A stretch of DNA of 64,000 nucleotides from an uncultured Candidatus Entotheonella sp. (lineage in GTDB: Bacteria; Tectomicrobia; Entotheonellia; Entotheonellales; Entotheonellaceae). Each line of letters opens with the position of its first letter. Position 1 is the first letter of the stretch. Position numbers and translations under genes: made by a program. The notes under the pieces are model-generated. The model was not told the origin of the DNA and did no database searches. It worked only from the letters and a program-made list of their open reading frames with translations. Shown piece by piece: positions 58,553 to 64,000 of the stretch. The DNA lies in the NCBI GenBank assembly GCA_965215335.1, contig CBDCDA010000002.1:448001-512000 (forward strand). Direction: 5' to 3'.

Positions 58553-59755
58553 ATGCATAGCGAAGACATCTTGATGTGCCCCGGCCCCAACGAAATCGCC
58601 GACCGCGTCATCCGAGCCATGATGCGGCCCGCCGCCGCCCCTGCCTCGGAAGAGTTCCAGGAACTGTACGAACAGACGTTGGACATGCTGGCGCAGATAT
58701 ACCAGACGACCAACGAGGTGGTGCCCATTCCGGGGTCGGGCCGCAGCGGCCTGGAGGCGGCAATCAGCAGTGTCGTGGAACCCGGCGACCGCACCCTCAC
58801 CGTCACCAACGGGCACTTCGGGGGCGTCGCCATGCACATCATCGGCGGTGTGGGCGGCAAGCCGGAAGCGTTTCAGGAACCCTGGGGCAGCATCATCGAC
58901 ATGGACGCCTTCGCCGCCAAGCTGGCCAGCGGCACCTACAAGCTGGTGACCCTGGTGCACAACGAAACCTCCAGCGGCGCCGTGTACCAGGCGGAGGAGA
59001 TCGCGCGACTGGCACACGAGCATGGCGCCCTGTTCCTGCTGGATGCGGTGTCGTCGCTGGCCGGCGTTGACCTGCGCAGTGACGAGTGGGACGTCGACCT
59101 CGTCGTATCGTGCAACCACAAGGCCATCGGCGCCCCGACCGGTCACGCCCACGTGGTGGTGGGCGAGCGCGCCTGGGAGGCAATGGAACAGCGCACCAAG
59201 CCCTGCGGCACGGTGTTCGGCAACCTGGTGACCTGGAAGTCGCGGGTCGACCCGAGCACCACCAACGGCAGGACCAGGAAACGGACGTACGGCGTTTTCC
59301 CGGCCGTTCACCTCTTCTACGCCATGCACGAAGCGTTCACCGCGGTCCTGGAAGAAGGGTTGGCGCCCCGGTTTGCCCGCCACCTGCTGAATGCCGAGGC
59401 CTTCCGCGAGGGCATCCTCGGGTTGGGTCTGCAGCCTCTGGCGCATCCGGACGTGGCGTCCCCCACCGTCACCTGTGTGCAACTTCCCGAGGGCATCACC
59501 TCCAGCGAATTTCTGTACCACTTCCGGCACGACCACGGGCTGTTCACCCTGCCGGGACTCGGCGACTTTCAGGACACCGCCGTGCGCATCGGCCACATGG
59601 GCGTCACCGCCACGCCGCGCAACATTCTCCATACCCTGCACGCTTTCGACCACATTTTGCACCACTTGGGCCATCTCCACGACCGCGGCGCCGGCATTAC
59701 CAGGGCCGAGGAGATCTACCAGGCGGCAGAACAGGCAGCCCCAGTGACGGTATAG
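58553..59755 (+). CDS. Class-V aminotransferase (alanine-glyoxylate/serine-pyruvate type)
   Basis: LMCPGP, NGHFG, VHNETSSG, DAVSSL, SCNHKA (PLP Lys) and RIGHMG. Confidence 0.9.
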   Translation: MHSEDILMCPGPNEIADRVIRAMMRPAAAPASEEFQELYEQTLDMLAQIYQTTNEVVPIPGSGRSGLEAAISSVVEPGDRTLTVTNGHFGGVAMHIIGGVGGKPEAFQEPWGSIIDMDAFAAKLASGTYKLVTLVHNETSSGAVYQAEEIARLAHEHGALFLLDAVSSLAGVDLRSDEWDVDLVVSCNHKAIGAPTGHAHVVVGERAWEAMEQRTKPCGTVFGNLVTWKSRVDPSTTNGRTRKRTYGVFPAVHLFYAMHEAFTAVLEEGLAPRFARHLLNAEAFREGILGLGLQPLAHPDVASPTVTCVQLPEGITSSEFLYHFRHDHGLFTLPGLGDFQDTAVRIGHMGVTATPRNILHTLHAFDHILHHLGHLHDRGAGITRAEEIYQAAEQAAPVTV

Positions 59756-59768
59756 GGGAGGCTGCCTT

Positions 59769-60545
59769 TTGGCACAGCGAGAGCGCTTTCCGGTTGGACC
59801 GTTCTTCAAGGCGAGTCTGAAAACACACTCGGTGGCGGCGCTCTGTGACTTGTTGCACAGCGGCCGGATCGTGCAGCACGGTCTCATTCCCTGGGGCTCG
59901 AATTACACATTCCTGGTCACGATGGATGTGCACCAGCCGCATCTCATGCTGGCTGTCTATAAACCGAGGCGAGGCGAGACGCCGCTGTGGGATTTTCCCA
60001 ACGGGACGCTGTACAGGCGGGAACGTGCGGCATTCGTGCTCAGCGAGGCGCTCGGCTGGCGCCTGGTGCCGCCTACGATCATCCGGCATGGTCCCAACGG
60101 CGTCGGCTCGCTGCAGTTGTACGTGCATCATCGCGAAGAGGACGCGGACTACTTCGCCTTGCACGAACGACACGGGAGGGAGATGCAGGCCATGGCGGCG
60201 TTCGACCTCATTTCCAATAACACCGACCGCAAAGCCGGACACTGCCTGCGCGATGAAGAAGGCCACGTCTGGGGAATCGACCACGGCCTGACGTTTCATG
60301 CCGACCCGAAGCTGCGCACCGTGATCTGGGATTTCGGAGGCCGGCACGTTCCCAAGCGCCTGCTGCGCGACGTGCGGCGGGTGCGGGACGATCTGCAAAA
60401 CCGCTGTGGCCCGGTGTCGGAGCTGGACGGCCTGCTCTTCCCTGAGGAAATCGACGCCCTCGCCTATCGCATGCTGGCCCTGCTGAAAACACCCGAGTTC
60501 CCCTGCCTGCGCACGCGGCGCGGCGTTCCTTGGCCGTTTTACTGA
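59769..60545 (+). CDS. SCO1664-family PI3/PI4-kinase-like protein
   Basis: GSNYTFL, AVYKP..GE.PLWDFP.GTL..RE, NNTDRKAGH, IDHGLTFH, KLRTVIWDF and terminal PWP. Confidence 0.85.
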   Translation: MAQRERFPVGPFFKASLKTHSVAALCDLLHSGRIVQHGLIPWGSNYTFLVTMDVHQPHLMLAVYKPRRGETPLWDFPNGTLYRRERAAFVLSEALGWRLVPPTIIRHGPNGVGSLQLYVHHREEDADYFALHERHGREMQAMAAFDLISNNTDRKAGHCLRDEEGHVWGIDHGLTFHADPKLRTVIWDFGGRHVPKRLLRDVRRVRDDLQNRCGPVSELDGLLFPEEIDALAYRMLALLKTPEFPCLRTRRGVPWPFY

Positions 60546-60562
60546 TCGCGAAGGGTGTAACC

Positions 60563-61006
60563 ATGGAGTGGCCGGAGATACTTCAGCGCATCGAGGCGGG
60601 AGAAGACGAAGAGACCGAATTCAAGCGCGGTCTCGGGGATTTGTCCGCCATGGGTAGAGCGGTCTGCGCTTTCGCGAATGCCCAGGGAGGCGTCATCATC
60701 CTGGGCGTCACCGATTCGCAGAGCATCATCGGCGTCAATGAGGATGCCGACGGCGTCCAGGAACGCCTGCAGACGTTCCTGCGCACGGGATGCAGCGCGC
60801 CCGTCAATGCCCAGTGCGGCCGTCATGAGGACCCGAATGGATGGGTGCACTGGATTGAGGTTTTTCAGCAGGACAGCCCGGAACCTTTACGATACGACGG
60901 CCGCGTGTGGGTCCGGCACGAATGCAGCAGCGCGGAACCGTCGCCGTCGGAACTGCAAGAACTCTATAACACGTCGGACAAACCCGCCTCGCGAAACAAC
61001 CGATAA
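60563..61006 (+). CDS. Schlafen/AlbA_2-domain protein, apparently truncated (no ATPase/HTH part)
   Basis: GEDEETEFK and VCAFANAQGGVIILGV; ends shortly after ELQELYN. Confidence 0.7.
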   Translation: MEWPEILQRIEAGEDEETEFKRGLGDLSAMGRAVCAFANAQGGVIILGVTDSQSIIGVNEDADGVQERLQTFLRTGCSAPVNAQCGRHEDPNGWVHWIEVFQQDSPEPLRYDGRVWVRHECSSAEPSPSELQELYNTSDKPASRNNR

Positions 61007-61034
61007 CTGTCCCCTGCCCGCCGCAACTCTCCTT

Positions 61035-62177
61035 CTACAGATTGATTTCCTGGGCGACCAGCTCGCGATGGTAGGTGGCGTCGCCAAAGGTGAATTCGGC
61101 GTACTTGGCGCGCTTGAAGTACAGATGCATGTCGTGCTCCCACGTGAAGCCGATGCCGCCGTGCACCTGGATGCCCTCGCCTGCGGTGTAGCGATAGGCG
61201 TCGTTGCAATAGGCCTTGGCCATGGACACGGCCAAGGGGGCTTCGGGCACGCCCTCATCCACGGCCCAGGCGGCATAGTAGGCGGCGGATTTGGCTGACT
61301 CCACTTGCAGCATCATCTCGGCGCATTTGTGCTTGATGGCCTGAAAACTGCCGATGGGGCGCCCGAACTGGATGCGTTCCTTGGCATAGGCCACACTGAT
61401 GTCGAGCACCCGCTGCGCCCCGCCGACCATCTCGGCACACAGCGCAGCCGTGCAGATGTGCAGCACTTTCGACAACACCGGCCAACCCATGTCCACCGTG
61501 CCGATGAGGCGGTCGCGCCCGACGGCAACGCTGTCGAACACCACCTCGCACTGCTTGCGGGTCTGGTCCATGGTCTTGAGCAGCGTAACGGAAATGCCGG
61601 GCGTATCGCTGTCAACCAGGAACAGGCTGATCCCGAAGCCCTTGTCACCAGCTGCCTTGGTACGCGCCGCCACGACCATGACGTCGGCGACGTGGGCGTC
61701 GGGAACGAACAGCTTGGCGCCGGAGATCGTGAAGCCATCCGGCGCAGGAGCGGCTTTCACGTCCACGATACCCGCCGCCTCGAAACGGCCCGAGGGTTCC
61801 GTCATCGCCAGGGTAGCGATCAGCGAGCCGTCGGCGATTTTCGACAAATAGGTTTTCTTCTGCGCCTCCGAACCGCCGAGCAGAATGCTCTGCCCCGCCA
61901 AGAGAACCGAGGAAAAGAACGGCGACGGCAGCAGCGCGGCGCCCATTTCTTCCAGGATGACCGTCAGATCGACGAATCCCAGACCCTGGCCGCCGTATTC
62001 TTCCGGGAACGCCAGACCCAGCCAGCCGAGAGCGGCCATCTGCTGCCAGAGCTCGGGCGAGTAGCCACGCTCATCTTCCATCATCTGCCGCACGAAGGCG
62101 CTGGTGCAGTACTCGGTCAAGAAATCGCGCGCCGCCTGCCGCAGCATTTCCTGCTCGTCGCTAAAACCAAAATCCAT
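61035..62177 (-). CDS. Acyl-CoA dehydrogenase family protein (FadE-type, likely one subunit of a pair)
   Basis: FSDEQEMLR, GWLGL..PEEYGG, QFGRPIGSFQAIKH and QVHGGIGFTWE. Confidence 0.92.
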   Translation of the reverse strand: MDFGFSDEQEMLRQAARDFLTEYCTSAFVRQMMEDERGYSPELWQQMAALGWLGLAFPEEYGGQGLGFVDLTVILEEMGAALLPSPFFSSVLLAGQSILLGGSEAQKKTYLSKIADGSLIATLAMTEPSGRFEAAGIVDVKAAPAPDGFTISGAKLFVPDAHVADVMVVAARTKAAGDKGFGISLFLVDSDTPGISVTLLKTMDQTRKQCEVVFDSVAVGRDRLIGTVDMGWPVLSKVLHICTAALCAEMVGGAQRVLDISVAYAKERIQFGRPIGSFQAIKHKCAEMMLQVESAKSAAYYAAWAVDEGVPEAPLAVSMAKAYCNDAYRYTAGEGIQVHGGIGFTWEHDMHLYFKRAKYAEFTFGDATYHRELVAQEINL

Positions 62178-62224
62178 CGGTCAAACCTCCTGAGTGGTGA
62201 TGTCGGGCGCCCATCTGCGCATAG

Positions 62225-62260
62225 AAAGACGCCCCCGACCAAGGACAGTCGAGGGCGTTT
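62225..62260 (-). terminator. Possible intrinsic terminator after the ABC ATPase
   Basis: Minus strand: aacgccctcgac-loop-gtcgggggcgtc followed by tttct. Confidence 0.45.
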
Positions 62261-62278
62261 CAAGTATGCCGATAACCG

Positions 62279-63379
62279 TTAAAGAATGGTCTGTTCGGTC
62301 TTCGTATCGAAGAGGTGCGCACGCTCCATGTTGAAGCTCACCTTGATTTCGTCGTGCATGCGGGCGCGCAGGGTCGGGTCCATGCGCGCGGTGAAATTCT
62401 CACCCTTGCAGGACATCTCCAGGATGATCTCGGCGCCGAGCGGTTCGAGCACCTCCACCGTGGCGCCGAGCGGTTCGGAGAATTTGCCCTCGCCACCGCC
62501 GGCGGGCACCACGTCTTCCGGACGGATGCCGAATACGACGGGCTGGTTGACATAGCCTTCCACCTGCCTGGCCCTGTCGTCAGGCAGCGTCAGGCGGGAA
62601 CCCTTGACGTCGACCTGGACGGCGCCGTTTTCCTGCACCAGCATGGCCTCCAGGAAGTTCATGGGCGGGCTGCCGATAAAACCGGCCACGAACTGGTTCT
62701 GCGGCTCGTTGTATACCTCCATGGGCGAGCCGACCTGCTGGATGAAGCCGTTGCGCATCACGACAATGCGGTCGCCCATGGTCATGGCTTCGACCTGGTC
62801 GTGGGTGACGTAAATCATGGTGGAATCGAGACGTTCGTGCAGCTTGATGAGCTCGGCGCGCATGTTCACCCGCAGCTTGGCGTCAAGGTTGCTGAGCGGC
62901 TCGTCGAACAGGAAAACTTCCGGCTGCCGCACGATCGCCCGGCCAACGGCGACGCGCTGCCGTTGTCCGCCGGAGAGCTGCTTCGGCTTGCGATCCAGGA
63001 GTTCGCCAATGCCCAGGATGTCGGCCGCCGCCTTGACCCGCTGTTCAATCTCGGCCTTGGGCGTGCGGCGCAATCTCAGCGAGAAGGCCATGTTCTTGAA
63101 GACGGTCATATGGGGATAGAGCGCATAGTTCTGGAATACCATGGCGATGTTGCGATCCTTCGGCGGCACGTCGTTCACCAGCCGGTCGCCAATACGAATC
63201 TCCCCGGCAGAGATATCCTCCAAACCGGCAACCATGCGCAGGGTCGTCGTTTTGCCGCACCCGGAGGGACCGACCAATACGATGAATTCCTTGTCCTGGA
63301 TATCGAGATTCACGCTGTTGACCGCAATCACCTCTTCCGAAAACCTCTTTACAAGATCCTTCAGGACGACTTGTGCCAT
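62279..63379 (-). CDS. Sugar/G3P ABC transporter ATP-binding subunit (MalK/UgpC/MsmX family)
   Basis: GPSGCGKTT, VFQNYALYPHM, LSGGQRQR, DEPLSNLDAKLR, YVTHDQ and FIGSPPMN. Confidence 0.95.
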   Translation of the reverse strand: MAQVVLKDLVKRFSEEVIAVNSVNLDIQDKEFIVLVGPSGCGKTTTLRMVAGLEDISAGEIRIGDRLVNDVPPKDRNIAMVFQNYALYPHMTVFKNMAFSLRLRRTPKAEIEQRVKAAADILGIGELLDRKPKQLSGGQRQRVAVGRAIVRQPEVFLFDEPLSNLDAKLRVNMRAELIKLHERLDSTMIYVTHDQVEAMTMGDRIVVMRNGFIQQVGSPMEVYNEPQNQFVAGFIGSPPMNFLEAMLVQENGAVQVDVKGSRLTLPDDRARQVEGYVNQPVVFGIRPEDVVPAGGGEGKFSEPLGATVEVLEPLGAEIILEMSCKGENFTARMDPTLRARMHDEIKVSFNMERAHLFDTKTEQTIL

Positions 63380-63596
63380 CGGGGTCCCTCCTTATGGCAA
63401 CTGAATCTCAACCGGATTGGCTCGTTCCTTTGCTTGTGCGGATGCGAACCGGGAAAGCCTCCGCGCCGCGGTACCCGACAAAAAGATCGCCGGAGAAGTA
63501 TCTTCAGGTTTTGGGCACGATTCAGTGACTATACTACGCAATACGCCTCATATCCAGGAAAACCCTCCGTGCCCCGCGGGGAGGCCACCGTCTCCT

Positions 63597-64000
63597 TCAC
63601 GCGGTCCCCTGGCGTTTCGGCCCATCGCCGGCAGCCTCGCGGTCCCACGTGTCCGGGGTGACGCCCTGGGCCTTGAGCTCGTATTTCATGGTGCGTTCGG
63701 TGCCGGTTTTGGGGAAGGCGGCGAGGAAGCGAACGAAGCGCGGCACCATGAAGGACGCCATGCGCGCCTTGCAATAGTGCACGAGCGCTTCGGGGGTAAG
63801 CCGGGAACCCGGTTGCAGAACGACGGCCACGGTGACTTCGTCCTCAGCGAGTTCCGAAGGCAGGGCATAGGCGGCCGATTCGAGGACGTCGTCGTGGCTG
63901 CCAACGACCTTTTCGACCTCGAAGGAGGAGATGTTTTCGCCGCGTCGGCGAATGAAGTCACGCTTGCGGTCAACGAAGAAGAAGTAGCCGTCCTCGTCCT
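63597..64000 (-). CDS. 3' end of an acyl-CoA ligase (CaiC-like AMP-binding enzyme); partial
   Basis: DEDGYFFFVDRKRDFIRRRGENISSFEVE...EDEV...FMVPRFV...PKTGTER. Confidence 0.88.
   Translation of the reverse strand, partial: DEDGYFFFVDRKRDFIRRRGENISSFEVEKVVGSHDDVLESAAYALPSELAEDEVTVAVVLQPGSRLTPEALVHYCKARMASFMVPRFVRFLAAFPKTGTERTMKYELKAQGVTPDTWDREAAGDGPKRQGTA

Overview
High-GC chromosomal segment from a diderm bacterium (it encodes porins, Tat substrates and a c-type cytochrome). It carries F420/LLM, thiolase-DUF35 and XDH-family genes; the lineage cannot be fixed from sequence alone. No rRNA, tRNA, CRISPR array or intact transposase was seen. Main blocks: (1) 1-8.4 kb, class-III aminotransferase, frameshifted MoaD and XDH-family molybdoenzyme, a His-motif membrane protein and a divergent B12-type radical SAM; (2) a translationally coupled nitroreductase, SdpA-like and HTTM (SdpB-like) trio; (3) a methionine/sulfur block with decayed metC, metY, metA and an unusual PLP trans-sulfuration enzyme fused to two Nfu-type Fe-S scaffold domains; (4) thiolase/DUF35, a cNMP-CBS-DUF294 plus DEDDh pair, and pepN; (5) periplasmic redox/metal genes (msrP without msrQ, two TlpA, copA, a P460-family cytochrome with Met in place of the cross-link Lys, an NsrR-like operator and a truncated nsrR); (6) a ~17 kb phosphate/polyphosphate cluster (aquaglyceroporin, OprO/P porin, phoB, pstSCAB, phoU, ppk1, a CHAD-alkyltransferase-like fusion, broken ppx, sixA, ppgK) with three 11-bp-periodic PHO-box-like arrays; (7) SDR, DUF4202, class-V aminotransferase, SCO1664-like kinase, acyl-CoA dehydrogenase, an orphan sugar ABC ATPase and a partial CoA ligase. 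Several intergenic gaps hold short remnants of decayed genes. All product calls come from motif recognition by eye, not database searches.
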